A stretch of 63,718 nt of DNA, the filler included, from Craspedostauros australis (lineage: Eukaryota): NCBI GenBank assembly GCA_030167865.1. It is 5 parts of 5 records of this genome, joined end to end, with 100 filler letters (N's around TTAATTAATTAA, not from the genome) between each part and the next. Parts side by side here need not be neighbours in the genome. Positions count along the whole stretch, not along the records: positions 1 to 30,927 come from JALAGF010000312.1; 4 more parts are not named here. One strand, given 5' to 3'. A program made the position numbers and the translations under genes. The stretch's first letter is position 1; each line of letters opens with the position of its first letter. This document shows positions 1-10,500 of this stretch, one piece after another. The notes below the pieces were generated by a model. It saw only the letters and a program-made list of their open reading frames with translations, did no database searches and was not told the origin of the DNA.

Positions 1-216
1 GCGGTCGACTGGTGGGAGACCGACGAGGGAACCCTGTCCTCCCTCAACCATGTTGAGCCAGACGAGGGCCGTGATCATGATGACAACGGCCACCACTGGG
101 TGGACCTCGGACGAGACCTTGGTCTGCTCATTGAAGATGAGTCCGCAGACGATGGTGATCGAGAAGATGAGGAGTCCGGTGGAGTACACCGACTTGACGA
201 GCTGAACGGGATCCAT
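1..216 (-). CDS. SIT: Silicon (silicic acid) transporter, N-terminal 72 codons; runs off the window
   Basis: Manual translation from ATG at 216: MDPVQLVKSVYSTGLLIFSITIVCGLIFNEQTKVSSEVHPVVAVVIMITALVWLNMVEGGQGSLVGLPPVDR. Two TM helices are followed by the SIT signature WLxMVEGGQxSLVGL (GXQ motif). Absent from the ORF track because there is no stop in the window. Confidence 0.93.
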   Translation of the reverse strand, partial: MDPVQLVKSVYSTGLLIFSITIVCGLIFNEQTKVSSEVHPVVAVVIMITALVWLNMVEGGQGSLVGLPPVDR

Positions 217-225
217 CTTGTTTGT

Positions 226-246
226 TTGTTGTTGTTGTTGTTGTTG
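226..246. repeat. (TTG)7 / (CAA)7 microsatellite in the SIT 5' leader
   Basis: Read directly, immediately upstream of the SIT ATG. Confidence 0.85.
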
Positions 247-917
247 GGTTGCTTGTTGATACTCTGGTTGTTGCTGTGTTTGAGTGTTGCAGAGATTGCA
301 AGGATTGAAATTGTGAGAAAGGAGAGTGGCGGAGGCATTGCCAAATCTCCTCTGCGGTACTATACTAACGTCGCGACACCGCGCAACACCACGCGAAACC
401 GACGTCGTTCTCGCGACAAGACGCAGAATTCGTTTTGTGCCGAATGGTTTGATGTCGTTGACTCTTGGCGAGTTGGCGATTTTCCGAGCTGGACGACATT
501 TTCATCGCCACGAGCGAAAACTTTACTATGATGCCGACGTTGGGATTCCGAGGATGCACCGTTTCGAAAACGGAATTCGCGAGCTTGTCGGAATGTGTCG
601 GCTCACAATCTTGCGAACATTTGAAAAAGGATGTGTCATTGGACTTTGGTAACACTTGGATGGTCGAGCCTCGCGATTGTTGGTGACATGCGTCCTCGCA
701 CGTGTCATCGGCAAAGCGCAATTTCATAGTCTGGCGCGGGCGGCTGTTGGTTTGAAAGGCAAAAAGCCGTCACCACGAAATTTCAAGCGCCTGCGCGCGC
801 GATGAGAGCCTCGGTGCTCCGAGCGCGTGTGCACATGATGTTGCGGAAATTAAAAAGCATCAAAAGAACAACGCAACCTCGGAATCGTTGGGGTGTCCGC
901 GGAGCAAAACAGTCCTC

Positions 918-989
918 AGCTAGCGGCGAGAATTGAACTCGCGACCTTCTCCTTACAAGGGAGATGCTCTACCACTAAGCTACGCCAGC
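918..989 (-). tRNA. trnT-UGU: tRNA-Thr (anticodon UGU), copy 1
   Basis: 72-nt cloverleaf: acceptor GCTGGCG/CGCTAGC, D arm GCTTAGTGGTAGAGC, anticodon arm TCTCC-CTTGTAA-GGAGA, T arm GCGAG-TTCAATT-CTCGC. TTTT Pol III terminator 8 nt downstream (909-906). Confidence 0.96.
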
Positions 990-1339
990 TGCGTGGCACA
1001 TTATGACGAAAATGATGTACACGTAATATTCAATGATGAAACGCACCAACAATTATCGATACTGCGTTTTCCTGTGCTGTGTAACACCATTCATCAAGCT
1101 GTTTCAATGTGTGTGGCATACGCGTGTGCACTGTGCTAGCTCCGTCTGAATTCTTATGTAGTGTCACATGTAACATATTATGTTCTACTATTATATGAGA
1201 GAATGGGAGAGCAAGAGCGTGCCGTCGGTACGAGAATGCAGCCCTGCGGCTGATTTCTGTGTCTGCAACAGCGGAGCAATGGTGACGATGGAATCTCCAC
1301 CTTCCTTCGCTCTTTCATTCTTTATCCCTTTTCATTCTC

Positions 1340-4300
1340 TCATTGACCACTGCCAACCTCCGTGGATTCCTCAATCAGATCGAGATCATCGTGCATGTAC
1401 CCCAGAACCTCGGCGAAGACGGCGGCGAGGATATCGTAGTTTCGAGTCGTTTCCTTGTGCTCCACCCCGATTGCCTCGAGCACAGTCGTCGAGTACTCGG
1501 TGCCTGTTGTTCGGGAGATTCCCACGTTGCGGTACCGCACCATCTCTGGCTTGTATCTGGTGCCGTGAGGATGGGACGTGCCCGTGCTGCTGGTTTCGGA
1601 CGGCTTGCGATCCTCGTTGACAATATTGACGTCGCGAGGCGGAGGTCCTTCCACCCATTCCGTATCCCCTCTCGGACGATGGCTGATGGTAATGTGATCC
1701 AGCGCACTCTTGCGTTCCGCGCGCATGTCATCTGGAGAGGAGAACTTTTTCGCTCTCGCGGCATGCAACAGCCACGTATGCGCCCATGATAGGGAGAGAT
1801 ACGGGACGCTGCCATCGCCGCTGTGCGCCAGGTTGGTCTGATCTTCCCCAAAAGCTTCGCGCCGCGGCTTCTTCTTCATGATGACGCCCGTGAGGCTGCC
1901 CCTGGTGTTGTCGGTGTGCTCCAGGCTCAGCACGCCGTTTGCTTCTTCCCACATCACGGTCTTGATGTTGGGATGCCCGACCTTGCCTCCAGTCGACTCG
2001 CTATCGATCCTTTCATTTTTACCACCATTGCTGCTGCCATCGTCGCCTTCCTGCCTATTCAATCGCTTCACGTAGACGTATCCATTCTCGGTTGGCAGAT
2101 CAACCCCGTACGCCATGATCACGTGCTTGATGAGCGGTCTGTCCCACGTTTGGCTCAGGATGTTCGGCACGTCTCCGTCCCAGAACGATTCTGCTAGCTG
2201 ATCGCGTTTGATTAGGAGCGGATGTCCTTCCTCGGGCCACATCCCGTCGAAGACCTCAAAGAGCTCGCCTGTCAGGGCGTGTGCCGGTGTCAGCTTGGTC
2301 GTCTTCGTTCGGACGCATGGCGCTTTGCCGCTGCTTTTCGACGGGCACTCCTCGGTCTGGATGTCGATCATGGGCTTGTTCGTGTTCCAGTCTGCTCGAT
2401 GTCGGAGCAGCGACCGAAGTGCGGGGAAATTTTCCCATGGATCCCGTGCAGTCGAGCTCTGTTCGATATCGTCCATGATGTCATCGAGGCATGCCAGTCG
2501 ATCACGCTGCGCCTTGTCATCTTGGCGCTTCGTGCTCTCGTTCGAATTTGACGACGACCAATCCTCCTCGCTCGTTTCATCCCAGTCGTCGCAAAAGCCC
2601 GACTTGGTGGAGACGGGGTTGACGGTGTGCGTTGACCCGAAGGTGATCTCCATTTCTCTCGCCACGTCGTCGGCCATTGGCAGTCCCATGTTCTCTCCGC
2701 TGATGACCGCCCGGAGAGGGTTCACTGCCCCCAACATCGGGGCCGAAAGACCCACGTACGTCCAGATATGCGTCTCCAGCCAATCCATCCACTTCTCGTC
2801 GCCCTTGATCACCGCCAGCTCCCACTGCTGCCGCTTGAGCTCCTCGGCGGACAAATGATGAGTCTCCTTCTTCGCCGATGCAGTTGTCGAGGCTTCCTGC
2901 AGCTCGAATAGATCATAACCGAGGCGAATGGTGGCGACGGCCGCGCTCATCCATCCAGGTACGACAGTATCGTTGGAAGCAGGTGCGTGTTGCTTGGCCT
3001 CCTCCTTCATGCGAGCCTTCTGGGATTCCTTCTCGGCCGCACGAATGATCTCCTTGTGAGCTTCCTTGCGCATCTGCACACGGAGCCATTCCATGAAGTA
3101 CCGGAAGACGAGGTTTCCCATGGAATGCGCGACCATGATGCCCGGCTGGCCATTCATGATGACGGCAGCCTCGATGCGCTTCCGCGTCATGGTCATGAAG
3201 CCGTCGCGGCTCTCCATGCGATCGGGCGTGAGCCGCCAGTCGTACGGCAGGCCGATGATGTTGCCCACATCGTATCCCAGATTATCCGCGAGCCATTGGA
3301 TCAGCCACGCGTAGACGGTGTTCGTGCCTCCAACGAGCAGCGAGCTCCCGATCCCGCCGGGTGCCAAGGACGCGATCGCATCAAGACCCTCGTCGGGTCG
3401 CAGCTTGCAGCCCGTCTTGATGTCATCCGTGTCTGTCTGGTTCCTCCCGAGCCTCATGCACTCCTTCATGCATTCCACGTTGACGGCGCCCATCTGGATG
3501 ATGAGCTGGAGGTTCATCCAGACGTAGTCCTGGACCTTGATGTCGGATGAGAATGCCCCGTTGCACTTCTTGTGCCTCCACGCCACGAGCCGCGTCGATG
3601 CGAGGCCCGGCATGAGGAAGATCGGCGGCCGTCTGTTTTCGTGTATGGATCCGCCGGCTTTGGCATTGGCATCAGCACTATTATCGCCATTGGCGTTCCC
3701 CTTGCCACCGACAGCGCTTGGCCGACTCTCATCCAGCTCGCTCATGCCTGACCCGGCGATCACAAGCTGCCGGCGAATTGCGTCGACCCGCCGATCCGAC
3801 CCCCAGTGCTTGTCCACCAGTATCTCCCCGTTCTCCTTGCAGACCCCCGCATCGGAAGTTGATTGGGATCCGATGTCAGGCTCGACGACGCCCTGCAGAC
3901 AGGTGGCGTCGATCTTGGTTTCCATCTCGATGGTCGATTTCGGTGGTGCGTAGCAATCTTGCGCCCCCTCTTCGCACGACGGATCGCTCGCAATCCCATC
4001 GAACAGGGAGTCCTCAATGCCGTCCTGATGCTGTGTGGCGTCGTTGGCATTTTCGAGCATGGCCATCGGCGGCAGGTCTTGATTCGACCGCTCGAGCTCG
4101 GAATGCAAAGGAGGGCCCGTCACTTTGACGGGATGCAAGAGCGAATCATCATTCGCTTCTTCCGAGTTCGATCGTTGCTGGGAAGCCGCATCGAGTTCCA
4201 CATCGCTTGCAATGCCTTCACCATTGTCATGATGTATTATGTGACCGTGCGCATCTACTTCGTTCTGCCCTTGCGTGTGCCTGTGCGTATCTGACAACTC

Positions 4301-4426
4301 GCAGCTTGCCCCGAGCACCAGCATCAGGAAGAGCAGGGCCAGCAAACCATCGCAGGGTCTCAGGCGTTGGCGGAGACTCGTCGAGCGCATAGTTGATCGG
4401 TTGAAAGATGATCTTGTAATGGCCAT
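1340..4426 (-). CDS. LCAT-family acyltransferase, most like plant phospholipid:sterol acyltransferase (PSAT)
   Basis: 1028-aa intronless ORF with motifs PGLASTRLVAW, CKLRPDEGLDAI, PYDWRL, VAHSMGNLVFRYFMEWLR (catalytic Ser), SAPMLG and SGDGSVPYLSLSW, plus an N-terminal hydrophobic segment. Confidence 0.88.
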   Translation of the reverse strand: MAITRSSFNRSTMRSTSLRQRLRPCDGLLALLFLMLVLGASCELSDTHRHTQGQNEVDAHGHIIHHDNGEGIASDVELDAASQQRSNSEEANDDSLLHPVKVTGPPLHSELERSNQDLPPMAMLENANDATQHQDGIEDSLFDGIASDPSCEEGAQDCYAPPKSTIEMETKIDATCLQGVVEPDIGSQSTSDAGVCKENGEILVDKHWGSDRRVDAIRRQLVIAGSGMSELDESRPSAVGGKGNANGDNSADANAKAGGSIHENRRPPIFLMPGLASTRLVAWRHKKCNGAFSSDIKVQDYVWMNLQLIIQMGAVNVECMKECMRLGRNQTDTDDIKTGCKLRPDEGLDAIASLAPGGIGSSLLVGGTNTVYAWLIQWLADNLGYDVGNIIGLPYDWRLTPDRMESRDGFMTMTRKRIEAAVIMNGQPGIMVAHSMGNLVFRYFMEWLRVQMRKEAHKEIIRAAEKESQKARMKEEAKQHAPASNDTVVPGWMSAAVATIRLGYDLFELQEASTTASAKKETHHLSAEELKRQQWELAVIKGDEKWMDWLETHIWTYVGLSAPMLGAVNPLRAVISGENMGLPMADDVAREMEITFGSTHTVNPVSTKSGFCDDWDETSEEDWSSSNSNESTKRQDDKAQRDRLACLDDIMDDIEQSSTARDPWENFPALRSLLRHRADWNTNKPMIDIQTEECPSKSSGKAPCVRTKTTKLTPAHALTGELFEVFDGMWPEEGHPLLIKRDQLAESFWDGDVPNILSQTWDRPLIKHVIMAYGVDLPTENGYVYVKRLNRQEGDDGSSNGGKNERIDSESTGGKVGHPNIKTVMWEEANGVLSLEHTDNTRGSLTGVIMKKKPRREAFGEDQTNLAHSGDGSVPYLSLSWAHTWLLHAARAKKFSSPDDMRAERKSALDHITISHRPRGDTEWVEGPPPRDVNIVNEDRKPSETSSTGTSHPHGTRYKPEMVRYRNVGISRTTGTEYSTTVLEAIGVEHKETTRNYDILAAVFAEVLGYMHDDLDLIEESTEVGSGQ

Positions 4427-5151
4427 CGGGTTGAGCGAAATCGAATGGAGTCGAATATTGTGGCTGTTTTGGATGATGGATGGTCACCCCTGCGCAACGA
4501 AACCGATTGATTGCTGAGTGGATTGCTCGATTTGTTCTGAGCGTGGATGCAAGCGTGGGTTTGAATGAAAACCTCAATGGCAGAGTACTCGTGCGTATGG
4601 TGAAGTGAAGTGAAGTGAAGTGGTTGTGTGGGATCGTAGGTATGTTACTGACCAACGGTTCTATTGTACATACTCAACGATGCCTGCGCTACTGGTATAA
4701 TAGTTGGGTGCTCCTGCAGTGCTCGTACAGGATGGTATACGACTAATAGATTGTTGAAGACTGCGGATGGGAGAATCCGTGCGATCAATCAATGATGTGG
4801 CGAAGTGCGATGAAGAAGAGATGGCTGCAGATCGTGTTTCGTTTCGCAGCTGGGCAGTTGAATTCAAATCAATGATGCGATGGCGTGAACGGCGTGGGAT
4901 GGGATGATTGATGATGGATCGTGGATGTGTGGTGCTCATGTAGTACTCGTGCCTGCAGCGACGGTTTGGGTTGTCTCTGTGCCTCAGCTTCATCACGATC
5001 TTGATGTGCATGTTGATGGCCTTTTGGATGTTCCATGGTATGACGTTGACTCCAAAACGTGAACGGCGATCCATGATCCGAAACAAATGAGTCGTATCCT
5101 TCGCAAGTTGCGAATATAGTGAGCATCTTTTTCGAGCTCATCCGACACGCA

Positions 5152-5223
5152 GCTGGCGTAGCTTAGTGGCAGAGCATCTCCCTTGTAAGGAGAAGGTCGC
5201 GAGTTCAATTCTCGCCGCTAGCT
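5152..5223 (+). tRNA. trnT-UGU: tRNA-Thr (anticodon UGU), copy 2
   Basis: Identical to copy 1 except one D-loop base (TGGCAGAGC vs TGGTAGAGC). TTTT terminator at 5232-5235. Confidence 0.96.
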
Positions 5224-5853
5224 GAGGAACGTTTTGCACGACCGGGTTTGCAACGATGTCACGGAACTTCGTTGGGGCTCTTCGTTTTGTTTTGGTGTCG
5301 CGGATCTGTGCGCATGTGTCATGATGTTGACATCACTTGCGCAATCAAGGAGCGTTTGTTGGATCCTCTGTGCAGCCACGCTCCATGTCGCTGTCTCCTT
5401 TCTGGCAGAGCTTTCGATTTTCTCGTGGTAGCATTGCTCGGTGCTTCCTTCCTCTCAACCGTCGTGTCCAAGTCGGCATGTCATGCACCACGCGAGTAGC
5501 CTACTTCACTCTTCGCAAGTCCACTCCACAGTGGAGACTATATGCTGTCAAGTTTGGTAGGAATCTATTGTGTATTAAGCTGTTTAAAAATGAAATTTAA
5601 CGCGCCCACTGGTTCCAGCACTGGGTGTGCTGCTGTGTGGATAGCATGTGTTCGTAACCTGTATTCTCGCTTTTGCGGCATGAGAACACTGGCATGAAAG
5701 GTTGCATGAAAGGAATCTGTGTGATTGTGTGCGGACGAACGAGCAAAAGTTGCTGGATGGTCCAATTGGGTTGTTGTTGTTGCTGTGTTTATTCGTCATC
5801 GTCAATACTGTTCTCCCCGACTGCAATGCGCCATCGCAATGGAGTCCCCCACT

Positions 5854-7560
5854 CTATTGACGATAGTTGTCAATGAGCGCTTGCGCGTTGGCTGTCATTG
5901 CGAGCGAGGATGGATGGCGACGATGATAGCTTGAGCTGTTGACGGCCGAGGCCGTGTTCATGGATGTGCTTGCCTGGCTGTCTCCGAATGCTGCGACATG
6001 CGTTGGCGAGATTTGCTTTGGTTGTTCATTTGCTGGATACTGCTGCTGTTCATGATGGCGGTGGTGGTTCTGTTGCGACTCGGACGTTGATGACGTCTCC
6101 GCGTAGCGTGAGCACGGTTGCGCTGTCTGTGCGTGGCCTGCATGCTCGTCTTCCATGGTGGCCGTGGCACTGGGCGTGCTCATCGTGCATTCGTACACCT
6201 GCGACAGACGTTCACGACACAGAGCGATGGCACGCGAGAAGACGTTGATGCCGCCGACGAGGACCGATTGCTGGTCGGTCGTCTTCCAGAGCGAGAGGAT
6301 GTACTTGGAGCCCATGGGGATCATGTGATCGGCCGCGTTGAGCAATGCAGCCATGGTGATCTCGGATTGCGTGTAGGGGAGGAAGAAGGCGTCGAGGGTC
6401 GCGAGTTCGATGACGAACTTGGCCAGGTCGGCGATGGCGTGGACGTCGTCGGGGTGGAAGACGTGCCTGGAGAAGAGGATCGGGACCATGTAGTAGAGGA
6501 AGGTTTGAGGCGTCGGTGGATGCACGTGCCAGTTGAGCTTTCCCAGGATGACGACCTCCATCTGCTCCATGTGCTCGACTGTGAAGTCCCCCCTCGAAAG
6601 CCTGAGCATGCGCTCCATGCAGCTGTGCCTGGTGATGACCGAGGAGGATGCGGAGGAGGAAGATCTCGCCAGGTGGATGAAGTGCGGGTAGTCGAAGAGC
6701 TTCATGGCCATGTAGAGACAGGTGAGGGAGAGGAGCTGGTAGTGATCCTTCTGCAGAGGTTCTTCGTAGCCAGCCACGACGCGGTCAAGGAAGTCCATGG
6801 AGATGGTGACGACCTCGCGGTTCATGTCGAAGTGATCAACGACTGTTGCATGGATGTTAGTTGACATGTTAGTTGGTGTGTGAGTTGAGTTGCGCATTGG
6901 GATACATTGGGGAAGTGGACCGAGATGGCAAGGGAGTGTGAGATCATGTTGAGATACACTGAACGTTCAAGGCCGTGCAGTTGTATCGTATCGTATGGTA
7001 GAGTGTGGCCTGGCACCATGTCATACTCTCTTGAGTATAGTGGAAGAGAAGAGAGTGTTCACATTGACGTGGATGTCCACTTGGATGCATGCATGTGAGC
7101 ACACTGGTTCGTTGTTCTTACCTTGGTACCACCACTCGCAGATGGTCTGCCTCCAGAGACGATGCACCTGCAAAGCCTGCGGCTCTTCGATGTCCATGAG
7201 AGGACAGGCGAGATGAGCATCCTCATCGCCGTCGCCCTCCACGGGCCGGACCTTCATGAGGAAGTCGCTGTTGCGGTAGGCAGGCGAGGCCTCCTGACGC
7301 AGCATGACGGCGAGGTGATCTTCGCAATCATCCAGCGACACGCCCGAGGATGGAGGACGCTGCGTGGATGCGGCAGCTGCTCCGCCTGGACAGAAGTCTG
7401 GAGTCTCCTGGAAGCCGGCGTCCTGATCCAGGCCGTGCCTGTGATCGTATGCTTCATCGTAGCTGTAGTCGAACTCGTCCTCGCATCCGCCATGGTTGTG
7501 GCCATTGCTGTAGCCATTGCTGTGGCCGTTGCTGTAGCTGTGTTGGTTCATCATGTTCAT
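5854..7560 (-). CDS. Cyclin, diatom-specific cyclin (dsCYC)-like; 2 exons, 7560-7122 and 6842-5854 (~475 aa)
   Basis: The cyclin box WRQTICEWWYQ|VVDHFDMNREVVTISMDFLDR...YQLLSLTCLYMAMKL...MEVVILGKLNWHVHPPT is restored by a phase-1 GTAAG...CTAAC...ACAG intron (7121-6843). Confidence 0.9.
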
Positions 7561-10500
7561 GGTTGCGACGTGCTGAATGTGGTGGGTGTGCTGAATGTGC
7601 TGATGCTGTTGTATTGGTGATGTAGAGTAGCTGATGATTGTGTGATGTCTGTGATTGTGGGCAGACGCGGGGGAGATGGGATGGGATCACGCGTTGGTGG
7701 AGCTGTGGGAGTATAGTATGGTGTTATGCAAGGCAGGGATATGATTGAGTCTGGAAGAATGAGAAGAAGGACTGGTGGGGGACCAGATGGGGAGAATTGC
7801 CTGTAAAAGTCTGCTCAGATGTCGATGTGCCAATCTGTCAATGCGTCAATGCGTCAATCACTATCGCTGTTGTTGTCGCTGCGAGTGTTTGTATTTGTGT
7901 GGGTATTGGCTGATGGTGATGTAAAGACGCTTGAATCTGGAGCTGAGCGGGTGATTGAGTACCGTGGTTGCCGTGGATTATGTGCAGAACTGTGCAGCAG
8001 CTGTCGGAGCACAAAGGCGAAGTGGGCCGTCGGATGGATTGGCTGATGAATGGATGTGTGAATGTTTGGATGTGTGGGTAGGTAGGTAGCTCGTAAATGG
8101 TTGGGTAAAAGGTTGGATCAATGGTTGGATAAATGCTTGGGAGGATGTTGGTGTAGATGCTGGTTGGATCCAACGAAGGGCGCAGAATCGAACGCACCAA
8201 AGAAGAGAAAGAGTGTGAAACAGGATCAGTATTAATGTTTGTGTGATCCCAATGCTCGTTACCAAAGTCGTGAAGTATCGTGAAGCGTGGTGGAGCGGTT
8301 GCGTAACAGTACAACTTGTACGGTCTGAGAGTCGCGAAGTCAAGGGCGGATGAGTCCGAGCCCGCTTTTTGTGAGGAATCTCGTGGTGCATCTTTGATTC
8401 TGTTGAACTTTGCGCGCTTCTTCCACATGCATTGTCGCCTGTCGTCCCTCCCGCCACTTCGAGCGCGAGACCAACCGTGTGCGAGAGCACCACACGATCC
8501 ATCCACACCCCAGCACCCCACGCGAAGTCCTCTTGCGCTGTGCCCTCACGCACACTCATAGCACACATCTGTGCCAATAGGCTGCTTCTGCCTTGTGATT
8601 CTGCCGGCCGTTTGGCTTGCAAGGCACAATGAACCGCTCTATTTTTGGTGGTGCCAGCGCTCGCGCCCACCAACGTCGAATTCCGCCACCGTTCTTCCAC
8701 ATTGGCCTTTGGTGGGGGACTGATGGGGAACCAAAACACCTTCGGCCGAAAGGGAAGAAGAGGAATCCCGAGGAAATGCAGTTGCGTGACAGGGAAGTGA
8801 GATCCTTGGGGTTGGAACCAAAAAGCCCTCTGACTGTACTCGTGAATAACACGGTCCAGCACCATGGACAAAACGTGTACTGCGTGTCAACTCTGTCTGA
8901 TTCACTGGCCGCAAAGAACGACTACCACGATGATGAAGGAAGAAACGCGGAGAAGGAATGAATGGAGGCATAGATACGTGTGCGTGTGTGCTATTGTCCG
9001 AGAAGAAAGTGGCGCAAACATGAGCAGACGTGTGTGTGCCTCTCGTTAACAACGATCAAACCCACCGTGCTCCCCACGAACTTGAAGTGTTGTCATTCGT
9101 TTCATGTGGCTGGTCGGAGTATCACCTTTCCAACATCGTGTCGTTCATCGTGTGCCGTGATTATGACGGCAGTCATCCGACGCTGACGTTGGCAGCAACC
9201 AACACAGCGCTCTTTCATGTGCCGCTTGCGCTGAGCATCAGGGCATATTTGGTTGGTAGACAACACTTATTCTTATTGTCGTAGCGACATAGGAAGACAT
9301 TTCAAATGCGCCTCGGAAGCGATTGAACAGTCTTCCATCGCCATAAGTGGAGATTGTACATCGAATTCCAGCGCGATGCCATGGATCTCAGTTACCAAAA
9401 TGCGTGTTCTCGCTGTCACTGGCGACTCAAATCCGTCCGTCTTCGGCCGAATCATCACGCTGCGAATGTTGTTGAGTTGTGCGCACGCGACCGTGCTGTA
9501 CTGCAATGTACGTACAGGTAGCGAATGCACACAACGGGTACTATGCCGCTGTTGTTTGTGCGAAAAAACACCGCTTCCATCCGCAATCTTCCGACATCAA
9601 GAAAGATATTTGGCGGACAACGGGAACTTGGCGAGGTTCCGGCCGAATCCTTGAACTTTGGCGCAAGCCGGAACGTTCATCAACACACGGCCACAAAACT
9701 CGGGGCCAAAACAAACCAATGCAAACCGCTCACCACCAACCAACTCGGCGCGACCTGACGCGAAATGACGCGACGGGACAATGTATCACGTTGTCATCCA
9801 CGATGAATTCAGCCACGATCCGCGAACTTCTTACTCCAACGTGCGATGTGTGGGTACTCCGCGGCTCACGGCTGAGACTTGAAACCCACATGAGATCTGG
9901 GAAAGGCACATCGGTCAAGAGTTGTCGCTTACGAGTACGTTCCCAATCCATCCACGTTTTCTCTTCTCCGAAGTGCATACCTACGATCGTGGAGCGGAGC
10001 GAAACAGAAACGAAGCACGCTGACATTGAAGCACGAAGAAAGCGAAACCATCATCCAAGACAAGGGCAAAGAAGACAAAGGACAGATAGTGCCATGCATC
10101 ACGAGCAGGCTCCGCAATTGGGGATGGTACGTCATTGCATTGCACCGCATCGCAAGACATCGGAGGACATGGGTACGACCACGGCACGGACAATTGTTCT
10201 CCTCGTGGCTTCCATTGGTGTCGATTAGTTCCGATGTTCAATCGCAAGATTAAAGATCGATCGTGTGAGCATCAAAGACGGCGGAATGGTCCTGCCACCC
10301 CTTGCCATCCGAATAGTCGTACTCGTTCTATACATAGAGTAGTACTGTAGTACGGTGCAACAGAGCGCAGACGGACTTCCATCGTGACAATCGCACCGGA
10401 ATCTCCGCTTCGTCAATACAAGACCCCAGCATCCAATGCACCATCAATCCAAGATCGGCCATGCCGCCGATCAAACAACGGAAGTGATGGCATTCTTGTG

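Noticed and set aside
933..5208. Two short ORFs starting MNSRPSPYKGDALPLSYAS (933-1139, 4993-5208) as a duplicated peptide gene
   Set aside because: They are antisense translations of the two tRNA-Thr genes.
7064..9189. TGACGT (aureochrome-type) sites near the cyclin, suggesting a dsCYC2-like light switch
   Set aside because: I noticed only two scattered hexamers, one intronic; this is no more than chance.
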